Shown in pieces: positions 1 to 13,325 of a stretch of DNA of 64,000 nucleotides. How positions within the stretch are numbered: position 1 is the first letter of the stretch; each line of letters begins with the position of its first letter. The notes beneath the pieces were generated by a model that saw only the letters and a program-made list of their open reading frames with translations, ran no database searches and was not told where the DNA came from. Origin of the DNA: Carcharhinus longimanus (lineage: Eukaryota); assembly GCA_030264375.1 (NCBI GenBank), contig JASCQW010000105.1, positions 43,576,224 through 43,640,223 of the forward strand, given 5' to 3'. The translations under genes and the position numbers were made by a program.

Positions 1-1760
1 TTGTGGTTGTCGGGTCCAGTAAGCTTTTCTGTCCTGAAAGTCTTGAGCTGCTTGATGTTGTTACTTTTGCAACCATTTAGAACAACTGCTGAGTATCCTA
101 TCACATTCCTGAATTGGAAACCTTCTAGATTGAGGAAAGGCCTTGATGGAGTAGGAGCTGTTTAACACAGGGTACTCAACCTTTGCCTTCATCCTGGCTG
201 ACCCAGATAAGCTTCTGGCAAGAGTTATTCCTGAACATGTCGACAGTGGGGGGGATATGGCAATGGTAGTGCACATATAAAGAAACGTGGAGGTGGCTAG
301 GTTCTCTTTCTCAAGATGATCATTACCTGACAAATCTGTGGAACAAATGTTGTTTGCTACTAGTTAGCCCTACTCTAGATACCAGTCACCTCTCACTGTA
401 GGTGGTTTCATTATTGGAGGAGATACGAATGGAGCTATCAACTAAAAAATTGACAGCTAATTGGAGAGAAAAAGATGAAGCAACTGAAAATGGTTGAGAA
501 ATAGATGCTCCTATTTCCTAATGAACTTCTGAAATGATGCTCGACGGCTGTGGTAACTGGCCTGTGACAACCACTGCCATCTTTCTTTGTAACGGATATA
601 CTCCAACCGTTAAAGGGTCTTCCATTCAATCCAGCGACTGACTTCAGTTTTGTTAGAGTGCCTTAGTGTCATGGTCAGCTGATTGTTGCTTTAATGATGA
701 GGGCAATTACTCTTACCTCTCCGCTGGCATTCAGCTCCTGTGCCATGTTGGGTTGAAGGTTGTGATGAGGATTGGAGCAGTGTGGTTCTGCTGAAAGCAT
801 TATGAATTACTTCATTTTTCACTTGCAAAAAGTGGCAATAATCCAGATTTGATTTATCCAGTTTTTGGGACAGACTTGGGCGACCTTACGCATTGTCAAA
901 ATAGATAAAATCAAAGAATGATTATACCACAGAAGGAGGCCAATTGGCCCCTTGTGCCCTTGCTGGAACACTGCAAGAGCAAAATCAGCTAGATCCCAGA
1001 GTCAGAACTATACTTCAACAGTTTGGCTAAGAAAGCAGCTATTCTTATGTACAGATCAGCATCACCATAGCCAAGGTGTCATTTGGACGCATAGCCTTTA
1101 CTGTGCAAATGCGCTCAGCAAGTTCTCATGTGGGGTAAACAAAATTGGCCAGATTTATTGAGTATTTATAATGGCAGACATAGAAGAAGCCAAGCAGCAT
1201 TATCCACACAACAGTTTTTGCTGAAGATACTTACAAATGCTTCAAATTTGGTGTCTCAGACACTCAGATAACAGGCTAAAGAACACTAATGGAGAAGCTT
1301 TCCCCTCTTGTTCACTAATTTGTGATCCATCAGCATTCTTAACTAGATGTGGTCGGATCATGGTGCATTGTGCTGATCTGATTGTGTAACTTGTTAGCTC
1401 TATCTACAACTTACTGCTTTTGCGGTTTAGCATACATGTAGCCCTAGTGAATCAAACCAATTGTGCCTGATGCTGTTCCTGGCCATGTCTTTCTTTATTC
1501 CCAATGAATGACAATCTATCTCCTGACTTGATGGGGATTGAGTGAAGGAAATACCAGACTACAAGATTGTTAATTGTTCTGAAATACAATTTTGCTACTG
1601 TTGATTTCTCACATTGTTTGATCAATAATCAGACTTGGGCTTTCATATCTGTCTTTAGTGTGCCCCATTTAGATTGCAATTGTATTTTGCTGCAAGGTAG
1701 AGGAAGAGGTGAGATTGTCTTCTTAAGGATATTGTGACGCTCACTTCTTTCAAATGGACA
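1..1760 (-). mobile_element. Decayed LINE fragments (same family), interrupted by CR1 tail pieces
   Basis: Similarity to 11500-12390 and 45040-45550, e.g. attgtcaaa..tatacttcaacagtttggcta and aattttgctactgttgat. Confidence 0.55.
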
Positions 1761-2461
1761 GATGGAAAATTATATTCCAGGCAAAACTGAATGCAAGAGA
1801 TGTTAAATTTAAGGCTACATCAAGTAAATATTGGAAATAAACTGAAGTCGGTCAAGGTTCATGGCTTTAAAGACTGACTCCTCATGAGTGGTACATCATT
1901 ATCTTCAAGGGAGCATTTCATGATACTATGTGCAAATAGACCAGTGCTAAGTTTAGATCTATTTCTTATATACAAAATGCTAAATATATTCTGAACTTCC
2001 TGTGTTTACAAGATCACATCATAAACCTCACGATATGTGGTGAAGAGTATGTTTCCAATTTATTCACTTTATGTCCCACCAGGTTTCCGAATGTGCACCT
2101 TTGAGGTAGGCAGCATTGTGAACTTTACAGCAACCCCGTCCCTGCCGCCTCCAACTGCAAAGTTCCAGCATGGTTTCCTCCCCTCATTGCCAACCAAAAT
2201 TACAGCCTACAGGCCCAATACTTGCCTCTGCTCACTATCCACCAAGCCTTATAATGTGTTCTCTACTAACCAATCTATTCAAAAATACCTTCTTCAGGCT
2301 GAATTCCTCCCCAACCCATGGCAAGCAAACATGGCTTCCAGGAATGCTCCCTTTCCTCCTCTCCAGCTGCCACTTTCAAAAAACATCCAAATAAAGAAGA
2401 ATGCAAAGTACAAAAACTAACGGAAACTCACTGGGAAGGCAAAATAAGAAGTGGATAGGAT

Positions 2462-2625
2462 GTCCAAAGATCTGTAGGTTAAGTTGATTGGTCATGCTAA
2501 ATTGCCCCTTTAGTGTCAGTGGGATTAGCAAGGTAAATATGTGGAGTTACGGGCACAGGGCCTGGATGGGATTGTTGTTGGTGCAACTTGATGGGCCTCC
2601 TTCTACACTGTAGGGATTCTATGAA
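2462..2625 (+). mobile_element. HE1 SINE 3' half
   Basis: gtccaaagatctgtaggttaag...tacactgtagggattctatga matches the 53581 copy. Confidence 0.8.
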
Positions 2626-2680
2626 GATAAAGGGGTAACGAGGAAAGTAGAGATAAAATGTGCACGTATGTTTGTGTGAA

Positions 2681-2713
2681 AGAGAGAGAGAGAGAGAGGG
2701 AGAGAGAAAGAGA
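2681..2713 (+). repeat. (AG)n microsatellite
   Basis: agagagagagagagagagggagagagaaagaga. Confidence 0.9.
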
Positions 2714-4987
2714 ACACCAAATGACAAAAGAAACTGAAGCAATAAACACAAGGTAAGAGCAGAAATAATAGGGAAGGAGAGTGGAGATAGAAAAATTAGC
2801 AAACAAAGAAAGCAGGAAAAGACATCACATATCTTCTGACATATAGGACGGGATTGGCCGCACTTGCCTAAAAATCGAAAAATCCCACTTGAGGTCAACA
2901 TATATTTACATAGTCTGCCCACTATGATTCCTGTGGTGGGCAGAATGGCAAAATTTGCTTCATTCTGCATCAGCTGTATTTGTAATATTTGTATATACAC
3001 ACACATGCAAAGACAAACTCAGGGGAGGGAAGGAGAGAGGGATCTAAAGGCCATTATTGAATTATGAGCAGTCTTGGGAGAAAACAAATTTTGAAATTGG
3101 GTAAAAATCTTTTTTCTCAAATTGCCTGGTTTGTTTACCAATCACGTTAAATCTATGTCCTCTGGTTATTGACCCTTTCACCTTTGGAAAATTTCTCTTT
3201 ACCATGAACGTAGATGAATAAGCCTGACCACCCCCGCCTCCCAAAACCCCAAACACATTTTGGGAGAGATTTTTCGACTTATAGGCTGAGTAAAAGTTAA
3301 CTGCTGGCGTGCATGTGATTAGTTGCCATTTTGAACAGTTACTGACATCTGATGCAAAGACAGAGCATGACTTAAACTCCTGTACGTCTTTGCAACACAG
3401 CCTGTATTGCCTGTTTGATCCCTTGTGCCAGTTCCAAGTATAGTCATGTACAAGATGCATTTGCATTTATTGGGTGAAAAATTGGGTTGGATGCTAATGC
3501 AACTATAGCAAGTTGTGGCTGAAAGTGGGTTGTCCAGGCTTTTGGGGGGTGGGGGACGGTCAACATATTTGCTGCGTACATTTTGGCACTGGGGAAATAG
3601 GGTTGACCTTTGTGCCGGGTCGAGTTATATATGATATTTATCCTATCTGAATCCTTCATGAATTTGAACACCTCTTATTAATGCCCTCTTCAACTTTCTG
3701 CTCCAAGGATAGCAAATTTGTTTTTTTCAGTCTATCTACATAACTGTAGTTCTTTACCACTGAAAACATTTTCATAAATTTTTTCATTCGATAGGACGTG
3801 AAGGCTTTGGAGAAGATAAAGAGTGGTGCCCAGAACCAGACACAATGGGCATGATTTTACAGCACCATGCGTGCTCCAAGACCAGAAATTCCCACGCCAG
3901 ATCAACACCAGCTACAATTCCTGCAGTGGGTGGGACAGGAAAAATTCCATCCAATATTTTAGCTGGAGCCAAATTAGTGTATTTGCTATAGATCTTGTAT
4001 AACTTCCTAGCATTTGTATGCTGTGCCTCTATTTTTCAGGGCAATGTGGTGCTTTCACTTTGGCCTTTTGAGACACTGTAAAACATTACTTAGCTAATAC
4101 ATTTTAAATAATTTTTGTTCTTTTTCTACTACTACATCCTACACTGTTGAAATCTTTCCATAATCTATAATGTGCTTCCCTTTGGACTTGCATTGCAGAA
4201 TCAGCTCACTATTCCTACTGAATGGTGATACAGCAAAAAAAAAGTCTCATTAGCAAGCTCTTCAGTATTTATCAAATGATTAAGTGAAGAAAAGGAAGCA
4301 AATTCACACCTTTTGAAATTTGTTTCATGGGAGTGGATTCATTACTGAGAAAAAATATTTTGTAACAGGTTGAGAAATTTAGCAACGCCTTTTCAAAACA
4401 ATTTCATCTGAAGTGAAACACTTTGAACAAGAAGATATTAACTAACAGATGTCCTTGATTAAGGCAAGATTGGAGATAATACTGAAATTTCACAAGTTGG
4501 AATTGACTGTGGCCAAAACAGAAAGCAAAAGTTTCCTAGAGAATGTGCCCCTTCCCCGAGAGTAAAGATAATTCCATCCTCGCCTGCATATAGTTAAGCA
4601 ATGAGGGAAGTGATAGTATTCTTACAAGACTTTTGGCAATCCAAAACTCTTTGGAGAATACCACTTGTAATTCTTGTCCAGTAGGCCATGGTTCTTCTCT
4701 AAAGAATGCCAATGATAAATAAAGAACTGAGAGATTTTAAGGCAGGCAGTTTTATGCTTATTAGGGTGAAATGTGATTACAGCACAATCTAGACTTCTGA
4801 ATTTGTACACAACCAGAATGACTAAAGTGTCCATCATAGGAATAACTACAATAATATTATCAAGCAGAAATACTAAATCATATTCTAGAAATTATGAATG
4901 AAATAATATCATTTCAGTTTTATAATCTACAATATGGTAAAAATATTTAGCTTTTGTTAAATGATGGTACAATATTTACTCACTTAC

Positions 4988-6587
4988 CTGTATGGACAAA
5001 CATGTGTTTCACATAGTTTTGCTTTGCAGTGAAGGTTTTATTACAAAGAGTGCATTCATAGGGTTTCTTTTCAGTTTGTCCACTTGTACCCTGGATTGTT
5101 GACTGAGATTGTTGGGGATGCAACTGTGTAGTAAAATTTGTAATATTGGGTTGAGGAACTGTTATAAATTGTGTCTGTTGGCTTGTCAGTGGTTGTGGCA
5201 AGGTGAACTGAAACAGTTTGCCACTGGTAGTGCTCTGAGTGGTGAAAAGTGTTGGTATGTAGGTACTCCCAGCAGTGCCGATGACTGGAGTAGTGCTGGT
5301 TAAGGTCAGTGGCATTCTCAAATTGGTGGCAAGGGTGTCTGATTGCCTCAGATAAAGCTGGGTGGTTGTCAGTGGCTGAGTGTTTTGTGTCACTGAAATT
5401 ACAGAGTTTATCGCAGATTGCTGCAATTCTTTGTCACTTGCAATGTTTCCATCACTGCTTTGAGGCCCTGTGGTGTCCATTTCAGTTTCGTAAGCCCTAT
5501 CCGGGGAAGAGGGATTTATGCTGTCGGGCTGCTGGCTGTCTTCAGCAGGAAGCTCATTCTGTTCGGCTGGTCTTACATCTGATTGTCCCCCTCTGCTCAT
5601 GCCAGCAATGAACTGCTGGTCTATTGGATCGGTTTCAGTCCCATTGGAAGAGCTAACGCCAGAGTCAAAGCTTTCTCCTTTTGGCTCACTCTCAGTACCT
5701 TCAGCTTGGTCAGTATCCTCATTGCACTCTTCGGATTCATTTTGCTCTGAAGTGTTTTTTTTCTGCTGCCCATAATAATCATAATCATATTCATCTTCAG
5801 CCTCCTGCTTGATGTGAACATTGCCTGCTATGGTCTGGATACGAACTGGTCGTGGTTGCTTGCGGCAGTGTGTGGTTTCTGGGGTGGAAAGATATCTCTC
5901 CATCTGCTGTGTGCGTTCTTGTATTCTTGTTATCCATGCTGGATCATTTAGATTCTCTTCTCTCTGCATAACTAGCTGTGTGCTGTGATGGCTGACCACT
6001 GGTGCACCGTAGTGGGATCTCTCTCCTGTGCCATTTTGTACTGGCACTCCAGAGCAGGCATAAAGGGAAGAATAAATTCTTTCGACATTATGCTGTGAGC
6101 GAGCTTGAACATAACCAGATTCTGTATCACTACTCTGCCCCGATGATCCAGACTCTGGTGTTCCTCGCGGTGTTATTTGGTTCGATTCCCTTGTTGTAGA
6201 GTAACCACTGCTCACCACCGTTTGTGAAACAATGCGGGTGCATTCATCAATAACTGTTTTGATCTGCAGAATGCTGGCTGCTGTGAGGATTTGTAAGGCT
6301 TCACTTTGGGACACTCGGAGCACTCCGCTGTACATGAAGTCAATCAACTTCTGAACAGACTGCACTGAGACGACAGATGGAATCTCAATGTCACTGTAGC
6401 CCAAAAGCAGTTTGTCTTGGAAGAAGGGGCTGCCAGCGGCCAACACACAGCGATGAGCTCTGAGCATACTCCCATGGATTCTGACGGTCACATCGCAGAA
6501 GTGCCCCCGGTTTCGTTGCTCATTTAGTGTCTCGAGCACAGAGTTGCTGAAGTTGTGAAGGTTGATACTGTGAATGCGCTCTGTCAT
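4988..6587 (-). CDS. ZBTB20: ZBTB20 main coding exon (BTB/POZ domain, linker, first C2H2 zinc finger); partial CDS. Exon spans 4988-6607
   Basis: Translation [56 protein letters not shown]...[28 protein letters not shown] matches ZBTB20. Acceptor ...ttttctgttcaaaacCAG at 6610-6608; phase-1 donor CAG|GTAAGT after 4988, inside the TGEKP linker. Confidence 0.97.
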
Positions 6588-8639
6588 TCCCTTCCCATTG
6601 ATGTTACCTGGTTTTGAACAGAAAATACTTGTTTTTACAGTTTCAGAAAAGTTAGCTGATGACCTGTGCAGAAAGATAACATGCTACTTTGAGTTAACAA
6701 TCCAAATGCCTTAAATGAAAACAGTGAAAACGAAAAACACAAGCAATTAAAAACAACACTGATGGTATTTTACTGCTATTAAAGTTCCAAAATTAATGCA
6801 GAACATTGTTGCTCTACAATTGCTTGATGGTAAGGAGAATATTAAAATAAATGTTTAAAATTAGGAACTGTTATACTTGAGAGTGAATAAAAGATATAAT
6901 ATACAAAAAGAGAGAGTAATATGTCAAATTGTAGAAACCAGGATCAAGCAGATTGTTAATCATCTGAATGATGGAATCAGACTTTTTTTTAAGTATTGAT
7001 TAACAATGCTTAGAACTATCATATTATTTTAAATGTATATAATTTCAATTTTAGTCTGGGCCAGCACTAATGCTGAATGCTCATGTGCTCGAGAAGCATG
7101 GCGCATATTGTAGGAGATAATAAATTATGATACCATTTCAGGTTCTCCAAATAACATCTGCAGGTGATTACTGGGATAATCTACATTCAACATCCATTCT
7201 ACGCCAATAAAGATATTGTTTATCGTAGAAAGATTAATTTCATGTGATCACTGTGAAACAATATTATTGGCATTGATGTCAACATTTAAAAATTATCTTT
7301 CAAGTCCAACTCTTTTTAAAAAAGGGCTGGCAGTATTCTTTCTACCTAATCTCCTGTAAAATGTACATGCATAATTATTTCAAATAACATATTTTGATTT
7401 TATTCAAGTATGTGTAAAAGGTTCATCAGCATTTTCCAGTATTTGTTAAATAGCAATATATTGCAAATTAAATGGATGCTCATGGCTGTGATCACACCAA
7501 ACACTTAATAGAGAACTAGGAATATATATGAGTGAGGAAAGGAAAAAAAATGAACAAAATGGGTAAGTGGAAATGATTACAGCGTAATCAAATGATGACA
7601 AAATGAAACCAGAGCTTAGGTGATTCATGACTTCCAAATCTAAAGATCAAATCATATGATTTGTAATCATTCCTTCCTGTCCAATACATTGTATAACATA
7701 TAGACTAAAATTTGTAGAAGTGCATTTTTCAATCTTTCTTCCCTCCCTTTCCCATAGGGGACAGGCATCAATAGCCATGATGCTCCATTAGATTAACATA
7801 TTGTACAATCATTGTAAGATTACATATGTAATTAGATTTTTAAAAAATACTTCCATAATTAAAAAAGTTACAAGGGCAGAAGTTTCTCACCACTGCAGAT
7901 GTATGTGGCCACCATCTTGAAAATCTCCTTGTGTGAAGAAAGAAATTCATGGGCCATCTCCTCTCTTGCAATTGAGCATATTATTGGAATGATTCATGGA
8001 GCTAAGATGTTTGACCTTACTGTATATAAAGACAAAACAAAGTTCAAATACTACAGATCTACTTCATATGGTACAATTTTGTACAGCAGCCAACACTGAT
8101 TTTACCAATTAGATGATTCAAAGCAACAGAGCTAAAAACCTAGCTAAAATTCTTGGTCCAATGCAGAATTTGTTCACTTAATGACCTAAGGAGGCCAGGA
8201 ATTTTATTTTTCACCGATACTACGGAGATTCTCAAAATGGTGGTCAGAAATGGAGGATGAGGAAGGCTGGATGCCAAGAAAGATGAATATTTTTATTAAA
8301 GATTGTTGGAGCAATAATGAATTCCAGTTATTTTGTAAATACTGATGGTAAAACAAGATACATAACATATCAAAAAGAAGTTCTGAAGCCCAATTAATAC
8401 ATTTGTATGAAATAATATTAACAAAACAATCTGAAATAACCACTGGCCATTTTTCAAAATTACAATAAACACAGCACCACAAATTACAAATCAAAAGCTC
8501 TGATTAGAATTTAGTCTAGGAAATTTGACAAATTTTCATTGTTAGTTTTGATTTCTTATTCATTCCAATGGGATAATTAAATAGAATTTCACCAAAACAA
8601 AAATAATACAGAAACAGGAATACAGTTTTATAGCTTCAC

Positions 8640-10610
8640 ATGTATGCTGACAACAGACAGCTCTACCTCACTTCCACTGTTACTGCTTATCAGACATCCA
8701 GCGCTGGATGAGTAGAAACGTCCTCCAATTATACATTGGGAAGACGCAAACCATCATCTTTGCTCCCTGCTCCGAACTCTGCTCCCCACCTACTGACTTC
8801 ATCCATCTCCCTGGCAACTATCCGAGATTAAATCCGACCTTTCACAACATTGGTGTCATATTTGACAGTGAGACAAATTTCTGAACACATCTGTTCTATC
8901 ACAAACACTGCTTATTTCCACCTCCATGACATGGCCAGACTTCGCCCCACCTCTGGCCACCTGATGCTGGAATCCTCATTTGTGCCTTTGTTACCACTAG
9001 ATTTGATTATTCCAACACATTCCTCATGCTCTCTCATAATCTACCTCCGTAAACCCAAGGTCACCCAAAACTTCACTACTCAGGTCTTCACTCAAACCAA
9101 ATCGCCTTTCACTGAAAGAAATGTGAACGCTCTTATACTTCTTGCATCTTTTACAGTTTCCATACCTGTTGTATTATAAACTGTGTGTTTTGAATGAGGG
9201 TTAATTCTAAATGTATACTTGACATACTTGAATAAGATCTGTGCGACTTAGAATCGCAGAATCTCTACAGTACAGAAAAAGGCCATTTGGCCCATTGAGC
9301 CTACATTGACAACAATCCCACCCAGGCCCTAATCCTGTAGCCACACAGATTTACCCTGCTAATCTCCCTGGCACTAAGAGGCAATTCAATATGGCCAATC
9401 AACCTTGATTAAGAAACACCAACAAGAATTGATGGTGTGAATTGGTATTGTGAACAGGAAAAGGGAAGTAAGGATACTTGTCTGAGCTTCGTTATCAGTT
9501 GTGATTAGAGGATATACTTTGAAATTTTTGGATCAATGGACTTTGGAGCTTTAATTAAATAAAGACACCAATTATTAAGTTTGGAAGGTGTTTATGCAGG
9601 AAAAAGTTAATGATGGCCAGTTTAGGATATGCTGTTCTGATTGTAACCATGTGTTAGTGAACATTGTTAAAAGAAATAACCAGATTAAAGCATAATGACA
9701 AAACCAAAAAAAAGGATAGTGCTTGGCTGCAGAGGATAAAAGAAATCATTCAATGAGATTTGTTGCATGTATTTCAAGAAGATATAGGGAGAGAAGGTAG
9801 CTATGTGTACTTTCAGGGTTGTGAGAAGCAAGAATCATTTGAACTAAGATAGTAATTGTCTTTATGTATAACTATTGCTGTTTAATAAATTGTTCTGAGA
9901 ACTCTGTATTAAGTGTCTCCACATTGGAGATTTATCGTTTGGTCTCTGAATCTCTTAGATCGCCTATCAGCCCTCTGCTCACTGACCTACATTGGCATCA
10001 GGTCAAGCAAAGCATTGATTTTTTTAAAAAAAAGTCATTTTTTTCAAATCCCTCATGGTCTTGCCTCCCTTTCTTTTTAATCTCCTCGAGCCCCACAACC
10101 TGTTAAGATATCTGCTGTTCTAATTCCAGCTTCTTGGGTATCCCCAATTTTATTTGTCTATCCACAATCACACACAATACAAATGATTATTTATGATAAT
10201 TGCGAGATTCAAATACATCAGTACATATGAATTATTGCTATATTTTTGTATGGAATTTTCTCTCGATGAAAAGAACGGGAGAGTCATAATGTAATAATAG
10301 GGAAGAAAGCCAGAAAACTGAAGCTTCACGTTATACATGGAAATAATCACAGTTAATTACAAAACATGAATTTACATATTCACAACTGCACCAAAAGGAG
10401 AGAAAGAAGAATGGGTATTAAGAATAGGACTTGACATTACTGTAGATAATTACTCCATTGCTGGCTATGCTTTCAACTGCCTAGGGCCTAAGCTCTCCAA
10501 TCCACTTCCTAAAATCCTCCCTTTTCCTTTAAAATGCTCCTTAATGTCTACCTCTCTGACCAAGCTTTTGGCCATATGCCCTGATATTGTTTAATGTGGC
10601 TTCACATGAA
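8640..10610 (+). mobile_element. L2 LINE 3' region, split by an LTR and another insert
   Basis: TAYFHLHDMARLRP, ttgttaccactagatttgattattcc, gctcactgacctacattggc, and tail ctctgaccaagcttttggcca. Confidence 0.8.
9113..9959. mobile_element. Probable solo LTR inserted into an L2, containing a nested HE1 tail (about 9250-9405)
   Basis: Ends TGAAAG...CTTAGA (degenerate TGTAAG...CTTACA), 4-bp TSD TCAC/TCGC, internal AATAAA near 9884. L2 sequence is contiguous across it. Confidence 0.55.
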
Positions 10611-10619
10611 TAACTTATT

Positions 10620-11012
10620 TCTTTCATGGGACTTGGGCATCTCTGGCGAGGCCAGCATTTGAGGTCCATCCCCAATTGTCCTCAAACTGAGTGGTTTGCT
10701 GGGCTTATCAAAAGAAATTAAATATTATCAACCACATTGTTATGGGTCTGGAGTGGAATGTAGACCACGCTTGGTAAGGATGGCAGATTTCCTTCCCTAA
10801 AGAACATTTGTGAACAAGTTGGATTTTTACAAAAACTAATCATAGTTTTCATGGTCATCATCACTGATATTAATTTTATATTCCAGATTTATTAATTGAC
10901 TTTATATCCCACCAGCTGCTGTGGTGTGATTTGAACCCATGTCCCCTGAATACTAGCCCTGCGCCTCTGGATTACTTGTTCAATGGCATGGACATAATGC
11001 CACTGCCTCTCC
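10620..11012 (-). mobile_element. tRNA-head SINE, second family, with a LINE-derived tail
   Basis: Minus head ggagaggcagtggc...gggttcaaatcacaccac, core gggaaggaaatctgccatccttacc, tail caattggggatgg..aaatgctggcc. Homologous copies at 13040-13325, 14995-15455, 35355-35725 and 57010-57380. Confidence 0.8.
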
Positions 11013-11051
11013 TTAAATTCTATTGCAATTATAAGCAAGTTTATTGCTTTG

Positions 11052-11255
11052 TTAAAATCAAAATAGTGCGGATGCTAGAATCTGAAAGAAAAAACAGAAA
11101 CTGCAGAAAAATCTCAACAGGTCTGACAGCATTTGCAGAGAGAGAAGAGTGCCAATCATTTGAATCTAGATGACTCTTTGTCAAGCTGGCAGATTACCCA
11201 GTTCTGATGAGGAGTTATCCAGACTCAAAACGTTTGCTCTGTTCTCTCTCTACGT
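11052..11255. mobile_element. Penelope-derived inverted-repeat non-autonomous element
   Basis: gcggatgctagaatctgaaag..caggtctgacagcat..agagagaga paired with CTGATGAggagttatccagactcAAAACgt..ttctctctcta. Relatives at 39900-39990 and 46430-46560. Confidence 0.55.
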
Positions 11256-11334
11256 ATATTGCTTTGTAATCTTTCCGTAAAGCACCCAGATTACAGATTA
11301 AATGCACTGTATAAATTTTAAAATTATTTCTCAG

Positions 11335-12395
11335 TAATATGGACATCACTGCTAGGTCAGCATTTAATGCCCATCTCTAATTGCCTCAAACCTCTGCAGT
11401 CCATGTAGGCACATCCACAGTGCTATTAGGGAGGGAGTTCGACCCAGTGACAGTGAAGAAATGTTGATATATTTCCAAATCAGGATGGTGAGTGGTTTGG
11501 AGCCACATTTGCAGCTGGTGTGCTTCTATGCATCTGCTGCCCTTGCCTTTGTAGGTAGTAAAGGTTAGAGGTTTCAAAGTTGCTGGCGAAGGAGTCTTGG
11601 TGAGTTGCTGAAGTATATCTTGTACATTGTGGAACATTGGTACAGAGTGTGTATATCATCAGGTAAATGCCAATGTTGCAGTCGTACTCGAACAGCTTGG
11701 CTAGTGGCATGATTTGTACAAGTCTTCATACTACTGATGGAATGTTGTCAGAGTTCATGGCCTCTTCATTGCCTTTAGCTGTTTCTTGATATGAATCGAA
11801 TTGGCTGAAGCCTAGCAAAAGTGATGCTGGGGCCTCTGGAGGGGACTGCAATGGATTATCCACTTGACATTTCTGGTTGCAGATGGCTGCTAATATTTAT
11901 GCATTGTCTTTTGCACTAGGCTAGACTCCCCCATCATTGAGGATGGGGACATTTCCTGCTTTGGCTAGTTGTTTAATTGTCCACCACCATTCACAACTGG
12001 ATGTGACAGGATTGCAGAGCTTTGGTCTGATCTGTTGATTGTGGGATTTTTAAGTGTTGTCTACTCCATGCTGCTGCTTCTGTTTGGCATACAGCTAGTC
12101 TTATGTTGTAGTTTCACCAGGGTAAGACCTCATATTTAGGTATGCCTGGTGCTGTCCTGGCATGCTCTCCTGCACTCTTCATTGAGCTACTGGTCATTTC
12201 CCACTTTGATGTGATATTACAGTGGGAAATATGATGGCCATGAGGTCACAGATTGCGGCCGAACACAATTCTGCTGTTACTGATGGCCCACAGCACCTCA
12301 TGGATAACCAGTTTTGAGCTGCTAGATCTTACCTAAATCTATGCCCTTTAGCATGGTAATAATGCCACACAATAAGTTGGAGGATATCCTCAGGG
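11335..12395 (-). mobile_element. Same LINE family, internally deleted copy
   Basis: Reverse complement of segments at 22600-22890 and 42200-42650. Confidence 0.75.
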
Positions 12396-13039
12396 ATTTT
12401 AAAACCAAAGCCCAACCTGTCTCTTCAGGTGAATGTCATAGCTCAATGCTTCAGTACATTTTGAAGAAAACAGGTCATTCACCCAGTCAATTGTAACTAG
12501 TAAAGGATATTGGTAGTTCGGTTCCAAACAGCTAGAGAAGATGGATGATAGAAATATGGCAAGTGGGACATTGCTTTCAGAAAATAAAAGCATGGATAGG
12601 GGTTTCAGCAGCAGCGTGCAACAGGTAGAGTAGATCTGGGTGATGTTGAAAAGTGCTGTACATAATTGATAGCACATAGGCCCAGAATCTCATTTTTGTT
12701 TTGCGTAATATATGGAAGTTTTGTCAAGTGATCTGGATAAAGACAAATGGAGATGAAGCACAGATCAGATTTGTTGTAAAACGGTGCATGGGAGACAAGA
12801 GAAAGAGTAGGAGGAAGAGAAGAAACTCGTGTAATTATTTGAAAATCAATAATTAGGAGGGAAAATAAAATCCTTTATAAACACTATGTTACATATCTGT
12901 TGCCAAAGTGAAGGATATCTCAAATCAGCTTGAAAGAATAATGGAGAGGGAGAAGGAGGAGGGCACAGTGATTTGAAACACATTGAGAGTAAGAGCAGGC
13001 AAAGAGTATACAAGAGGACCTTTTTTTTAAAATTTATTT

Positions 13040-13325
13040 TTTCATGAGATCAGGGTGTTGCTAACTAGGCCAGCATTTGTTGCCCATCCTCAATTGCTCT
13101 TGAACTGAATGGCTTGCCAGGCCATTTCAAATGGAAGTTAAGATCACGTTACAGTGACTCTGAAGTCACATGTGGGTCGGACAAGGCAAGTACAGCATAC
13201 TTCTTTGCCAAGAGGACATTTAGTGAACCAGATGGGTTTTTGTTTAATGACAGTTAATGATAGTTTGCTGAGACTAGCTTTCAGCTCTACATTTATTAAC
13301 TGAATTCAAGTTCTACCAGCTGCCG
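13040..13325 (-). mobile_element. Same SINE family, interrupted by a young CR1 running into a gap
   Basis: Matches the 10620 copy; followed by GPLLFVIFINDLDEG..WISKFAD and then N run 13403-13624. Confidence 0.75.

Noticed and set aside
2497-3006. 169-aa hydrophobic ORF
   Set aside because: It crosses a MITE, an AG microsatellite and an HE1 SINE, so it is a compositional artefact.
4980-4987. ORF-track C-terminus ...HTGK* as a complete 535-aa protein
   Set aside because: It is read-through into a canonical GTAAGT donor. The true protein should continue into zinc fingers 2-5 in an exon outside the window.
5109-6199. Several plus-strand ORFs overlapping ZBTB20
   Set aside because: Short antisense shadows of the coding exon with no recognisable homology.
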